Source: the human T2T-CHM13v2.0 reference genome, Homo sapiens. Taken from it: 64,000 nt of DNA. The position numbers and the translations under genes are program-made. Position 1 is the first letter of the stretch. Each line of letters begins with the position of its first letter. The stretch lies in assembly GCF_009914755.1 (NCBI RefSeq), contig NC_060936.1; one strand, written 5' to 3'. Below are positions 14,500-36,275 of the stretch, in pieces. The notes under the pieces were generated by a model. That model was not told the DNA's origin and ran no database searches. It saw nothing but the letters and a program-made list of their open reading frames with translations.

Positions 14500-15410
14500 A
14501 AGTTGTCAACTCCCACACCTTAGAAATCCACAGAAGAGTTTGTGTATCTTGATTACTACCTGTAACAGAAGCTATGCATTCTTCACTCCTATCTCTAAAG
14601 GCTGCTCTGGAAATCACCTGCAACTTCAGTTGATGGTTCTCATATATTCTAAAGAGCTTTGTATCTCAACATCTCTCAGCCTGAGGCCATTCTCTGAGTA
14701 TTCTTCCTAGCACACAAGAAATGCCAGGAAGTTAATGGCTCAAGGTATTAGGATGGTGCAAAATTAACTGTGGGTTTTGCTATTAATACAACCTTTAGTC
14801 CATAGATAAAATCAGAAAATTACTATGTACATGGCTCCTTCATTCCTCAGGTGGCCAATTATAAAGGTGTGTTTGACATCTTTCACAGTCTCCAGCATGA
14901 CTGAACCCTAGTTGCACACAGTAGAAACCAGCTTATTCATGTGCACTTCATTGCCTTTCATTTCTCTATTTTGTTGTTAAATAAAACAAAATCACACCCA
15001 CTTCCCTTTCCCCAGTGCCTGATTGGACTCATCATACATACTATTGTCCTCTTCCCTGCTCTTTGTTTTCACCATTTTCCTTCCCCACTGACTTGTCTTG
15101 TCTCCACTGATAATCTTTCTAGAACTTCCTTCTCTAAGCCATATGCTTTTATCTCTCACCAATGTCCTGGATCACTGTCTTGAAGGTGGTTATCTCCACA
15201 CGCCCTTTTTGTCTCCAAGTTTCAATAACTAATACTGCCCTTCATCCCTTCAGACCTAGAGAAGGTAACAGTTGCAGGGTACATACAGAATTATCCCTTT
15301 TGGTTTATCTATACACTATCCACAGCTTTTTAATTGCTCTTTTATTATATTCTATTCAAGTTAAACAACTTAAGTGTATTGTGCATTTTCCCTAGTACAC
15401 TGATAGGTAC
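14500..15410 (+). mobile_element. ERVL LTR (LTR41/LTR33 group)
   Basis: cccttcagacctagagaaggtaacag and an LTR33-like 3' end; boundaries approximate. Confidence 0.45.
14748..14797. mobile_element. MADE1-like (Hsmar1 MITE) fragment
   Basis: ttaggatggtgcaaaattaactgtgggttttgc resembles the MADE1 TIR TTAGGTTGGTGCAAAAGTAATTGCGGTTTTTGC. Confidence 0.6.
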
Positions 15411-15779
15411 CATTTGTACATTCAGGTTTTAGTGTATATTCAAAGAGCGATTTTCCTTTCTTTTTTCCTATGAGATTTTTCACTTATTTCTTGAAATTGG
15501 CTTAAAGAATACAGCATATCCAGGTTTTAGGGGAAAAGAGACCCAGCACTAAAAACAATAATACGTTGCTATGCACTAAATTGACAAGAACAATTTTTCT
15601 TTATCTATTTCTGCTTCTTTTTTAATTCCTAGAGAAACCACTTTTTGTCTGATTTCTTTCTTCAGAAACCTTATTTTTGTTATAGCTCAAAGCAAACTTC
15701 TTGGGCTTCTCTTTTGGAGGCAAACCTTCTCTTTGGAGTAGCATAAAGACATTGTACTCTTATTTACTTCTCTTCAGTT

Positions 15780-16117
15780 TTATTTTATTTTATGAGGAAT
15801 TAAATGTATAGAGTGAAATATACACATATTAAAGGTATAAACCCATGTGACACACATCTTAATCTGAACACAAAAGATTTCTTTCACCTCATAAACTTCT
15901 CTCATGCCCCTTTCCAGTCAGTATTGCTGCAACATAAGGCAACTGGTGATTTGGTTTCTATCACCATAAGTTAGTTCTGCCAGTTCTTGAGTTTCATATA
16001 AATGAAACCATAGCACATGTAATCTTTGGGTCTAGCTTCTGGCACTCAGTGTAAAGTTTTTGAAATGTGTCTGTTGCTGTGTGTCCTGATAGTTTGTTCT
16101 CTTTTGTTACTGAACAG
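15780..16117 (-). mobile_element. L1M 3' end fragment
   Basis: ctctcatgcccctttccagtc..tatcaccataagttagttctgcc..cttgagtttcatataaatg. Confidence 0.7.
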
Positions 16118-16274
16118 TGTTGAGTAAAAGAGTCAAACTCTGTAAGATATTTGAAGAGATTTATTCTGAGCAAAATATGAGTGACCATGGCCTGTGACAC
16201 AGCCCTGCTCAGGAGACCCTGAGAAAATATTCCCAAGGTGGTTGGGGTTCAGGTTGATTTTATACATTTTAGAG
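16118..16274 (-). mobile_element. MER4-group LTR, truncated
   Basis: aaagagtcaaactctgtaagatatttgaagagatttattctgagc..tgagtgaccatggcctgtgacacagccc. Confidence 0.7.
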
Positions 16275-16704
16275 TGTTAAAACACACTAAATATGGCCTG
16301 AGAAGGACTCCCTACTTCTATATTTGAATCTTTGTGTACAAACTGCAACCTAACTTACTAGGTAGGCAAGATTGAAAAATCTAACTTAGGAGTATGCACT
16401 TGTAACAATAGCTGAGTGTTGGCCAATCCCAGCAGCCATACTTCTACCACTCTTACACTACTGAGTGTTCAAACTGTGTTCAACTAAGGCAAATGCTAAG
16501 CTGTAACCAATTCAGTTGTTTCTGAACCTCACCTCCAATTTCTGTACCTCATTTCCCTTTTTATGTCTATAAATCTTTCACCACGTGGCTGTGCTGAAAT
16601 CTCTCTGAATCTGCTGTGATTCCAGGGACTGCCCTATTCATGAATTGTTGATCGCTGAATTGAATTTCTTTAAATTTAATTCAGCTGAAGTTTTTCTTTT
16701 AACA
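16275..16704 (+). mobile_element. MER57A-like ERV1 5' LTR
   Basis: TGTTAAA..ctaaatatggcctgagaaggactcc..gaagtttttcttttAACA; TGTTAA/TTAACA terminal inverted ends. Confidence 0.85.
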
Positions 16705-17903
<1,199 letters not shown>

Positions 17904-18200
17904 TAAAGAAACAGAATTTTATTAATTTATCAGCTGATTTAGCATTACAGTGGCTTACGAAGCATTTGCCATTGTTTGAGGTTGCAGTGAGGACAACATG
18001 AAACACCTGATGAAAAACCTTCACAAAACCTGGTCTCTTTCCAACAGCTTAGCTATGTGAGAATAGCTTTTATAATATGACAACCCTAAAAATAAAACCA
18101 TTTTAAAGTTAAAGCTGTCCTTCCCGTTGCTGTTTCAAACTTTATCCCAAGAACTGAGGTGTCGTTCAGTAAAAGGCAACTACGGGCTTCTCAGCAGTAA
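17904..18200 (+). mobile_element. hAT/Charlie-type transposase C-terminal fossil
   Basis: Translates as ..[45 protein letters not shown], matching the hAT dimerisation motif FPTTYLCE(S)GFS..LRVAVS..PR. Confidence 0.7.
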
Positions 18201-18439
18201 GGCTAAGTACTTGTTTTATGTTTTCTGGTGATGAATTTATTTCTTGTCTTTGAGTTTACAGTGACAGCTATAAAACTGATTGTCAATAATATTAGTATAA
18301 TTTAATTTCTAATAGAATGTGTTTTCCATGTATGTTTTAGTCAGAGCTATGGTATTCTTAATAATACCAGAACTTATTTTGTGCTCTGTGATGATGATAT
18401 TAGTGATCTGTATTCTCAGCAGTATTTTACAGTGCTTCA

Positions 18440-19166
<727 letters not shown>

Positions 19167-19416
19167 TCACATTTTCTTTATCCATTCATCCAATGCTGAC
19201 CTCCTAGGTTGCTTTCATATCTTAGCTATTATGGATAATGCTGCAGTGAATATGGTAGTGCAATTGTCTCTTCAATATGCTGATTTCAATTCCTTTAGCT
19301 ATACACCCACAGGTGGGATTGCTGGAACATACAGTAATTCTATTTTTAATTTCTGATGAATCTCCATGTTATTTTCCTTAATGACTCTATTCATTTACGT
19401 TGGGAAATATAATTAC

Positions 19417-23230
<3,814 letters not shown>

Positions 23231-23278
<48 letters not shown>

Positions 23279-23485
23279 ACATATGTGTATATATGTATAT
23301 ATACACATATATATACGTGTATATGTATATATATGTATATATATACACGTATATATATACCTGTATATATACACGTATATATGCATATATATATACATGT
23401 ATATATATACACGTATATATCTATACATGTATATATATACGTATATATATGTGTGTGTATATATATATAGAGAGAGAGAGAGAGA
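23231..23485. repeat. Compound (TA)n/(TATG/TACA)n/(GA)n microsatellite grown from an Alu tail
   Basis: Direct inspection; source of the YIYI ORFs. Confidence 0.95.
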
Positions 23486-24789
23486 AAATTTATGAAAGTA
23501 TGCACCACAAAATTAAAATGTTGACTCTAAAGTGAGCTACCGAGTGAGTGGGGTGCATGAGAGAAAAGGTTACTTAACATTTTTATACCTATTGAATTGT
23601 ATCCTATGTATGCATTATAAATTTAAATATGCAATAATGCAGATAACTGAAATGTGGGTATGCTTTGATTAGGACTTTGCATTTCCCATTTGCTCAAATT
23701 CCTTATGATTCTAGATGCATATGAATAGAAATACAAAATGTAAGGAGACACGGGACTTCTGATAGCCCTTTCTTCTTTCCACATTTTGTGTCTCTGGCTG
23801 TAGTTTGCCATATGAGTCCATATGGCTAATGAGTAAAATATTTTTCAGATGGATACATGTGACCAAGCATTGCAAGTTAAAGATATTTCTGAATCTTGGA
23901 CCTCTTATTTACAGTGAAGGCCCCTCATGCATAATAAAGCAGAGAAGAATGTAAAAGGTTGCTACATCAATAATCAATTTCTGGTGAGCATAATTATAGG
24001 TAATGTAAAATGAGACAATATTGCTTTTCATCATTTCTTGAAAGAACTCTTACAGTCCATGATTTTGAAAAAAGAAATCTAAGTTCACTCTTTCTTTTCT
24101 ATAACAAAAAGTCATTATCCAGTAGAAGTTCAAGAGTAAAATCTGAAGGCAGCTTATCTGACGTGGGCACATGTTCTTGCCACTTGTTAAATATAACTTT
24201 CTAACACTAACTTCTCCAGACCTCAGATTTTCAACTCTCTAAAATGGAAAACTCTAGAACTGCAGCTGAACTGAGCATTTTAGGGAAGAAACAAACATAC
24301 ACACGATATATATATAGTCAGATTATGAACCCAGTGTAGCCCAGCATGCAAAAATTTCTCAGTAACAGAGATCCCCAAGAGAAAAATATGATTTAGCCTA
24401 TCTCAGTGGCCTTTCATGTGGCAAATTAAAAGTTAAAGTCCATAATGAGAAATATATGGGCAGCCAGTGACACCATCCATTTAATGTAGACTTTCAACAT
24501 CTCTGACAGTCATTCTCTGTTGTACCCCAACCTGCTTATATATTGGGGTGATATCACCTTTTGATCATAACATACATAAACCTCAACCTCAATAAGAAAT
24601 ATTTATGGACAACCAGATATTCTGTGTTTCCAGTCAAAACTCAGGTAGATCACATTTTATGTGACAGGAGAAGGCACAGTCGATGCCCAGTTAACCCGGA
24701 GATCATCTCTGCCTGCAGCTTCCTATCATCATAGCAAGCTCTTTCCCTGCAGTCCACCGTCTGTATCTGCCCTTTGCTATATAGATAGC

Positions 24790-26216
<1,427 letters not shown>

Positions 26217-26253
26217 TTAGACCTCTGAAAAGATGCTCAACACCATATGTCAC

Positions 26254-29200
26254 CAGGAATATTCAGTATTCAACTAGAGGCTTCAATGGGCTCTGAAATA
26301 TCCCCTCCTGAACTCTATAAACAGCGTATTTCCAACTGGCTGAATGAAAACAAAGATTTACATCTGTGAGATGAATTCACACATCAGAAAGCATTTTCAC
26401 CAAGAACTTTTCTAGTTTTATAGCAGGATGTTCATTTTTTCAATATTGGTCTCAATGGGCTCCAAAATGTCCCTTTGTACAGTCTACAAAAATTTTTGCC
26501 AACGTACTGAATCAAAAAAATGTTTAACAGTGTGAGATGAATTTTCACATCACCAAAGGTTTTTACAGATAGTTTGTATCTAGTTTTTAATCACAAAACT
26601 TTGAATTTTTCACTATAAGCCTCAAAGGGCTCTAAATTGTCCCCTCTTAGCTTCTACTAAAAGAGAGTTTTGAACCTACTGTGTAGAAACAAAAGTTTAA
26701 CTCTGTGAAATAAATCCCCACATTGCAAAGCTATTTCACAGATAGCTTGCTTCTAGTTTTTATCACGAATTATTCGGCTTTTCACTATAGGCCTCAATGG
26801 GCTCCGAAATGTCCCTTCATACATTCTACAAAAAGAGTGTTTCCAACTTAGCTGAATCAAAAGAAAGTTTAAACTGTATGTGATGATACCACAAATTGCA
26901 AAGCATTTTCACATATAGCTTCCATAGTTTCTATCATATAATATTCAGTTTTTCACTATAGGCCTCCATGGGCTATGAAATGTCCCCTCATAGGTTCTAC
27001 AAAAAGGTGTTTCCAACATGCTGAAAGAAAGCAAATATTTAACTTTGTGAGATGAACCCACACATCACAAAGCATTTTTATAGATAGATTTTCTCTAGTT
27101 TTTATTGCGGAATATTCGATTTCATGCTATAGGCCTCAATTTGCTCCAAAATTTCCCCTTGTAGATTCTACAAAAAGAATATTTCCAACCTGCTGAATCA
27201 AAACAAATGTTCAATTCTGTGAGATGATATGTAAAGCTCTTTCACAGATATCCTTTTTCTAGTTTTTATCCTGGGGTATTTGGTTTTTCACTATAAGCAT
27301 CAATGGGCTCTGAAATGTCCCTTTGTAGATTCTACCAAAAGAGTGTTTCCAACCTGTTGAATCAAAACAAAGTTTTAACTTTGTGAGATGAACCCACACA
27401 TCACAAAGCATTTTCACCCATAGCTTGTTTCTAATTTTTACCATGGGTTATTTAGTTTTTCACTAAATGCCTCAATGGACTATGAATTGTTGCCTTGTAG
27501 ATCGTACAACCAAAGAGTTTCCAACCTGCTGAAGCAAAATACAGGTTTAACTTTGTAAGATGAATCTGCACATTGCAAAGCATTTTTACAGATAGGTTGC
27601 TTTGAGTTTTTATCAAGAGATATTTGATTTTTCACTGTATGCTTCAATGGGTTATGAAATCTCCCCTTGGACATTCTACAAAAAAAGTTTCCAAACTGAT
27701 GAATCAAAAGAAAAGTTCAACTTTTGAGATGAAATCACACATCACAAAGTATTTTCAGAAATACCTTCTTTATAGTATTTATCGCAGGATATTAGATTTT
27801 CCAATATTAGCCTCAATGAGCTCTGAAATGTCCCTTTGTAGATTGTACAAAATGAGTGTTTCCAACCTATGGAATAAAAAGGAAGGCTTAACTCTGTGAG
27901 ATAAATCCACACATCACAAAGCATCTTCACAGATGGCTTGTTTCTAATTTTTATTGTGGGATATTCGGTTTTTCACTAAAGGCCTCAAGCGCTCTGAAAT
28001 GTCCCTTTGTAGATTCTATAACAAGAGTGTTTTAAAACTGCTGAATCAAAACAAACGTGTAACTCTTTGAGAGGAATCCACACATCACAAAGCATATTTT
28101 CAGATCACTTGTTTCTAGTTTTTAAAGCATGATATTCGGTTTTTCACTATATGCCTCATCGGGCTCAGTAATGTCTCATAGTAGATTTTACAAAAATAGT
28201 GTTTCCTACCTGCTGAATCAAAACAACAGTTTAAATCTGTGAGATGACTCCAAACCTCACAAAGCATTTTCACAGATAGTTTTTTCCTAGTTTTTACCGC
28301 AGGATACTCAGTTTTTCAATATAGGCCTCAATGAACTCTGAAATGTCCATTCATAGGTTCTATAAAAGTGTATTCCCAACTCCCAGTATAAAAGCAAAGG
28401 TTTAACTCTGTGAAATGAATCTACGCATTGGAAAGCACACAAATAGTTTGTTTTTAGCTTTTATGGTGAGACATTTGATTTTTTACGATTGGCCTCAATG
28501 GGCTCAGAAATGTCTCTTTGCAGATTCTCCAAAAATTTTTTTTCATTTTTCTGAACAAAAATAAAGGTTTAACTCTTTGATATGAAATCACACATCACAA
28601 AGAATTTTCACAGATAGCTTGTTTCTAGGGTTCATCACTGGATATCGGGTTTTTCACTATAGGCTTCAATGGAGTGTTAATTGTAACTCAATTCTACAAA
28701 AGGAGTGTCCCCCAACCTGCTGTATGTAAATAAAGGTTTACCTCTGTGAGGTAAATCTTCACATTGCAAAGCATTTTCCCCGATAGCTTGTTTCTAGTTT
28801 TTATCTCGGGATATTGATTTTTCACTATAGGCTTCAATGGGCTTTGAAAGATTCCTCTGTAGATTCTACAAAAAGGGTGTTTTAACCTGCTGAATCAAAA
28901 CAACGTTTAACTTTTTGAGATAAATCCACACATTACAAAGATAGGTGGTTTTTTTTGTTTTTTTTTTTTTTTTTTTTAGATGAAGCCTCACTCAGTCACC
29001 CAGGCTGGAGTGCAGTGACGCGATCTCGGCTTCCCAGTTTCATGCCATTCTCCTGCCTCAGCCTCCCAAGTTGCTGGGACTACAGGCGCCCGCCATCAGG
29101 CCAGGCTAATTTTTTGTGTTTTCAGTAGAGACGGGGTTTCACTGTGTTAGCCAGGATGGTCTCGATCTCCTGACCTCGTGATCCACCCGCCTCAGCCTCC

Positions 29201-32200
29201 CAAAGTGCTGGGACTACAGGCATGAGCCACCACGCCTGGACAATAGCTTTTTTTACTTTTATTGTGGGATATTGGTTTTTCACTACAGGCTAATATTGGC
29301 TTCAAATTGTACCCTCATAGATTCTACAAGCAGTGAGTTTTCTAGCATCTGAAGCAAAATAAAGGTTTAACTTTGTAAGATGAATCTGCACATTATTGCT
29401 GGATATTCGGTTTTTCACTGTGGGCATCAATTTGCTCTGAAATGTCCTATTGAAGATTTTACCAAAAGAGTGTTTCCATCCTGCTGAATCAAAAGAATGG
29501 TTTAATTCTGTGAGATGAAATTATCCATCATAAATAATTTTCAGAGACAGCTTCATATAGTTTTTATCTCAGAATATTCAGTTTTTCACTATAAGCCTCA
29601 ATGGGCTTTGAAATGCCTCCTCATAAATTGTACAAAAAAAAAAAAAAAGGAGTTTCCAACCTGTTTAATCAAAACAAATATTTAATGTTGTGAGATAAAT
29701 TCAAATATTGCAAAGCATTTTCACAGATTTTTTTTCTAGTTTTTATCATGGAATATTTGGTTTTTCACTATAGTCTTCAGTGGGCTCAGAAATGCCCTTT
29801 GTAGATTCTACAAAAAGAATGTTTCTACCTTGCTGAACCAAAGCAAAACTTCAACTCTTTAAGGTGAATCCACACATTGCAAACATTTTCACAGATAGCT
29901 TGTTTTTAGTTTTGATCACGGAATGTTGGATATTTTACCATAGGCCTCAATGGGTTCAGAATTTTCCCCTCTTAGATTCTACTAAGAGTGTTTCCAAAAT
30001 GCTGTATAAAAATGAAGGCTTAGCACTGTGAGATGAATCGACACATCACAAAACATTTTTGCGAGTAACTTGTTTTTACTTTTTGTCGCGAGATATTCAG
30101 TTTTTCAATATTTTCCTCCATGGGCTCTGAAATGTCACTTCATGGATTCTATGAAAAGACTGTATCCAACTGACTGAATCAAGACAAAGGCATAACTCTG
30201 TTCAAGAAATCCTTACATCACAAAGCATTTTCACTGATAGCTTGTTTCTAGTTTTTATCATGGGATAATTGGTTTTTGACTATAGGCCTCAATGGGCTTC
30301 AAAATGTCCCTTCGTAGATTCTACAAAAAGAGTGCTTCAATCCTGCTCAATCAAAGCAAAGGTTTAATTCTTTGAAATGAATCCATACATCACAAATCAT
30401 TTTCCAATATAGCTTGTTTCTAGTTTTTATTGTGGGATATTTGGTTTTTTACTTTAGACCTCAATGGGCTCTAAAATGTGCCTTCTTAGATTCTACGAAG
30501 AGTGTTTCTCACCTGATAAATCAAAACAATGGTTTAAATTTGTGAGATAAGTCCACACATTGCAAAGCATTTTTACCAATAGCTTGTTTCTAATTTTTAT
30601 CATGGGATATTCAGTTTTTTCAGTGTAGGCCTCAATGGTCTCTGAAATGTCCCCTCGTAGATTCTACAAATAGAGTTGTTGCAACCTGATAAATCAAACA
30701 TTTAATTCTGTGAGATAAATCTATAAATCTACACATCTCAAAGCATTTTCACAGATAGCTTGTTTCTGGTTTTTATCACAGGATATTTGATTTTTCACCA
30801 TAGACCTCAATAGGCTCTGAAATGTCCCCTCATAGAGTCTACAAAAAGAGTGTTTTCAACCTGCTGAATACAAACAAAGGTTTAACTCTCTGACATAAAA
30901 TAACAAATCATAAAACATTTTCACAGTTGGCTTGTTTCTAGTTTTTATCACGCAATACTCAGTTTTTCATGACAGGGCACAATGGGCTCCAAAATGTCCC
31001 TTTGTACATTCTACAAAAAGAGTGATTTTGGTCTGCTGAATAAAAATAAAGGTTTTGTACTGTGAGAGGAATCCACACATAGGAAGGAATTTTCACAGAT
31101 AGCTTGTGTCTAGTTTTCATTGCAGGATGTTCAGTTTTTTCATATACTTCTTGATGGGCTCTGAAATGTCCCTTCATAGACTCTACAAAGAGAGCATTTA
31201 CAACCTGCTGAATAAAAACAAAGGTTTAACTCTGTGAGTTGAATCCAGACATTGCAAAGCATTCTATATATAGCTTGTTTCTAGTTTTTATCTTGAGATA
31301 TAACATTTTTAACTTTAGGCCTTAGTGTTCTCTGAAATGTGCCATTTTAGTTTCTACAAAAAGAGTGTTTCAACCTGCTGAATTAAAACAAGTTTTAACT
31401 CTGTGATATGAATTGAAACATCACAAAGTGTTTTCACAGATAGTTTTTACTAGTTTTTGTCATAGGATTTTCAGTTTTTCACTAATGGCTTTCATGTACT
31501 CTGAAATGTCCCTATGTAGATTTTACAAAAAGAGTGTTTCCAACCTACTGAATCAAAACAAGTGTTTAAATCTGTGAGATATATCCATACATTGCAAAGC
31601 ACTTTCACAGATTGCTAGTTTCTAGCTGTTATCATGAGATACTTGGTTTTTCACTATAGACCTCAACAGGCTCCCAAATGACTCTCATAGATTGTGCAAA
31701 AAGAGGGTTTTCAAAGTGCTGAATCAAAATAAAGATTTAACTTAGTAAGGTGAATCCACACATTGCAAAATATTTTCACAGATTGCTTGGTTTTGTTTGT
31801 TTGTTTTGTTTTTATCATGGGATATTTCATTTTTCACTATAGGCCTCAATGGGCACCAAAATGTCTTCTCCTAGATTCTACAAACTGACTGTTTCCAACT
31901 TGCTTAATCAAAAGAAAGGTTTAACTCTGTGATATGAATACACACATCCCAAAGGATTTTCACAGATAGCTTGTTTCTAGTTTACATCTCCTCGTATTTT
32001 GTTTTTCACTGTAGGTTTCAATGGGTTTTGAAATATTTCTTCGTAGATTGTGCAAAAAGAGTTTTTCAAATCTGCCAAATTAAAATGGATGTTTAACTCT
32101 TTGAGATGAATCCACACACTGAAAAGCATTTTCACAGATAGCTTGTTTCTAGTTTTTATCATGGGATATTCGGTCTTTCACTATAGTAGTACTCAATGGA

Positions 32201-35070
32201 CTCTGAAATGGCCTTTAGTAGATTCTACAAAAAGAGTGTTTCCAACCTGCTGAATCAATACAAATGTTTAACTCTGTGAAAGGAATCCACACAATGCAAA
32301 GCATTTTCACAGATAGCTTGTTTGTAGTTTTTATTGCAGGATATTCAGTGTTTTACTGTATTTGTCCATGGGCTCCGAAATGTCCCTTCATATATTCTAC
32401 AAAAATAGTGTTTTCAACCTGCTGAAAAAAATAACATATGTTTAACTCTGAGAGATGATTCCCCAAATCACAAGAACTTTTCACAGATAGCTTGTTTCTA
32501 GTTTTCATTGTGGGATATTTAACTTTTCTCTATAGGTCTCAATGAGCTTTGTAATGTCCTTTTGTACAATCTGCAAAAAGAGGGTTTCCAGCCTGCTGAA
32601 TCAAAACAAAGGCTTAACTCTGTGAGATAGATCCACACATTGCAAAACATTTTCACAGATATCTTGTTTCTACTTTTCATCGTAGGATACTCGCTTTTTC
32701 CAAATACTTCTCCAGGGGCTCCATATTGTCCCTTCGTAGATTCCACAAAAAGAGTGTTTCCAACTAGCTAAATCAAAACAAAGGTTTAACTCTGTGAGTT
32801 AAATCTACGCATTGCAAAGCATTTTCACAGATAGGCTGTTTCTCATTTTTATCACAGGATATTCAGTTTTTCACCATAGGCCTCAATGGGCACTAAAATG
32901 TCTTCTCATAGATTCTAAAAACAGACTGCTTTCAACCTGCTTAATCAAAATAAAGCTTTAACTCCATTATATGAATCCACACATTGGAAAACATTTTCAC
33001 AGATAGCTCGTTTGTAGTTTTTTTCTCCACATATTTTGTTTTTCACTATAGGCTTCAATGGGCTTTGAAATATTTCTTTGTAGATTCTGCAAAAAGAGTT
33101 TTTCCAACCTGCATATTTAAAACACCGGTTTAACTCTGTGGCATGAACCCACAATGGCAACCATTTTCACAGATAGCTTTTTTCTTTTCTTTTTTTTTTT
33201 TCTGTGGGATATTTGGTCTTTCACTGTAGGTCTCAATGGGCTCTGAAATGGCCCTTCATAGATTCTACATAAAGAGTGTTTCCAACCTGCTGAATCAAAA
33301 CAAATATTTAACTCTGGAAGATGAATCCACATATCACAAAGCATTTTCAGATATAAACTTTTATTGTTTTTATTGTGAAATATTCTGTTTTTTGCTATAT
33401 GCATCAATGGGTGTGAAATATCCCTTCATATATTCTATAAAATAGTGTTTTCAACCTGCTGAATAAATGCAAAGATTTAAATCTGTGAGATGCACCCACA
33501 CACTACAAAGCATTTTCAAAGACAGCTTGTTTCTACTTTTATCATGAGATATTTGGTATTTCACTATGGGCCTCAATGGGCTTCAAACTGTCCCTTTGCA
33601 GATTCTACACAAAGAGTGTTTCCAATCTGCTTAATCAAAAAATGATTAACTCTCTGAGATGAATCCACACATCACAAAGAATTTTTACTGATAGCTTGTT
33701 TCTGGATGTCATCGTGGGATAATCAGTTTTTCATCAACCTGCTGAATCACAAGAAAGATTTAACTCTGTGAGATGAAATCACACATTGCATATAACTTTC
33801 AGACACAGCTTTTTTTGTAGTTTTTATTACAGGACACTAAGTTTTTCACTACAGGCTTCAATGGGCTTTGAAATGTCCTTGTGTAGATTGTACAAAGAGA
33901 GTGTATCCAACCTGCTGAATGAAAACAATGTTTAATTCTTTGAGATGAATCCACACATCCCAAAGCATTTTTACAGATAGGTTGTTTCCATTTTTTATCA
34001 TGAGATATTAGGGTTTTCACTATAGGTTTCAATGGGCTCTGAAATGTTTCTTCGTACATTCTAGAAAAGGATTGTTTCAATTCTGATTGAATTGAGTGTT
34101 CTGATTCTGCCGAATGAGAAGAAAGTTGTAACTCTGTTAGTTGGATCCACACATTGCAAAGCTTTTTCACAGATAGCTTGCTTCTAGTTTCTTTCATGGG
34201 ATATTTGGTTTTTCACTATAGGCCTCAATGGGCTCCGAAATGTTTTTATGTAGAATCTACAAAAAGAGTGTTTCCAAACTGCTGAATTAAAACAAAGGTT
34301 TAAATATGTGACATTATTTCACATATCACAAAGCATTTTCACAGATAACTTGTTTGTAGTTTTTATCACGGGATATTCTGCTTCTCACTATAGGCATCAG
34401 GGGTTCGAAATGTCTTTCCTTAGATTTACGGAAAACGTGTTTCTAGCCTGCTGAATGATAACAAATGTTTAACTCTGTGAGATGAATCCAGACACTGCCA
34501 GTCATTTTCACAGAGAGCTGTTTTCTAGTTTTGTGTGTGTGGGATATTCACTTTTTTACAATATGCCTCAAAGGTCTCAGAAATTCCCATTCATAGATTC
34601 AACAAAAAGAGTGTTTCCAAATTGCTAAATTAAAACAGAGGTTTAACTCTGTGAGATGAATCCAAACACTGCAAAGCATTTGGACAGATATCTTCTTTCT
34701 AGTTTTTATCGCAGGATAATTGATTTTTCATCATGGGCCTCAAAAGTCTTTGAAAATGCTTTTCATAGATTCTACAATAAAAGTGTTTTCAACCTGTTGA
34801 ATCAAAGGTTTAACTCTAGGAGATGAATCAACACATCACAAACCATTTTCACTGATAGTTTATTCCTAGTTTATATCGCAGAATATTCAGTTTTTCACTA
34901 TGTGCCCCAAAGGGCTCCAAAATGACCCTTCATAAATTCTACAAAAAGAGTGTTTCCAACATGCTAAATAAAAAAAAAAAGTTTAACTCTGTGAGAAGAA
35001 TCCACACATCAGAAAACATTTTCACTGATAGCTTGTTTTTAGTTTTCAACGTGTAATATTTGTTTTCTGT

Positions 35071-35116
<46 letters not shown>

Positions 35117-36275
35117 ATAGGCCCCAATGAGCTCTGACATTTTTTCTTTTTAGATTCAATAAAAGGAGTGTTTCCAACTTATGGAATCAAAAGAAAGGTT
35201 TAAATTTGTAAGATGAATCCACACATCACAAAGCATATTCACAGATAGCAAGCTTCTAGTTTTTTTTCCGCAGGATATTCTGTTTTTCACTGTAGGCCTC
35301 AATGGGCTCTGAAATGTTTATTGGTAGATACTACAAAAAGACTGTTTTCAACCTGCTGAATCAAAAGAAAGGTATAACTCTTTGAGATGAGCCCACACAT
35401 CCTAAAGCATTTTCACAAATAGCTTACTTCTAGTTTTTATCGGGAGACATTCTGTTTTTCACTATAGACCTCCATGGGCTCCGAAATGTCCCCTTGTAGA
35501 TTCCGTAAAAAGAGTGTTTCCAAATTGCTGAATTAAAACAAAGGTTTAACAGTGTGCCATTATTTCACAGATCACAAAGCATTTTCACAGATAGCTTGTT
35601 TCTAGTTTTTATCGCAGGATATTTTGTTTTAAACTCCAGGCCTCGATGTGCTTCAAAATGTCTCATCTTAGATTCTACAAAAAATATGTTTCCAACGTGC
35701 TGAATCAAAACAAAAAGTTGGCTCTGTGAGATAATTCCATGCCCTCAAAGCATTTTGACAGATAGCTTGCATCAAGTTTTCATCGCGGGATATTCCATTT
35801 TTCTCTATAGGCATCAGTGGGCTCCAAAATGTCCCTTTGTAGATTCTAGGGTGAAAGTGTTTCTAAACTGCTGAATTAAAGATTTAGCTTCGTGAGATAA
35901 ATCCAGACATCACAAAGCATTTCACTGATAGTTTGTTTCTAGTTTTTATCACAGGATAGTCAGTTTTGTACTATAGGCCTCAATTTGCTCTGTAATATCC
36001 CCTCTTAGATTCCAGAAAAGGAGAGTTTCCAGCCTACTGAATCACAAGAAATGTTTAACTCTGTGAGATAAAATCACACATTGGAAAGCATTTTCAGACA
36101 TAGCTTCTTTGTAGTTTTTAATCGTGGGATATTTGGTGTTTCACTATAGGCCTCAATGGATTTTGAAATTTTCCCTCATAGGGACACAAAAAAAGTGTCT
36201 TTATCCTTCTGAATCAAAACAAAGTTTTAACTGTGAAAAGAAAATCCACACATAGCAAAGCATTTTTACCATATC
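26254..36275 (-). repeat. Monomeric, diverged alpha satellite (~171-bp units), block 1
   Basis: Recurring ctgctgaatcaaaacaaaggtttaactctgtgagatgaatccacacatcacaaagcattttcacagatagcttgtttctag at ~171-bp spacing (reverse of the ALR consensus); box position reads tttttcactatagg (A-type); no CENP-B box seen. Confidence 0.96.
28949..29238 (-). mobile_element. AluY-like insertion in alpha satellite
   Basis: catgccattctcc, gggactacaggcgcccgcca, tgttagccaggatgg diagnostics; small internal deletion. Confidence 0.9.

Noticed and set aside
27259-35127. Family of similar short ORFs (..KLSVKMLCDVWIHLTELN..)
   Set aside because: Chance translations of alpha satellite monomers
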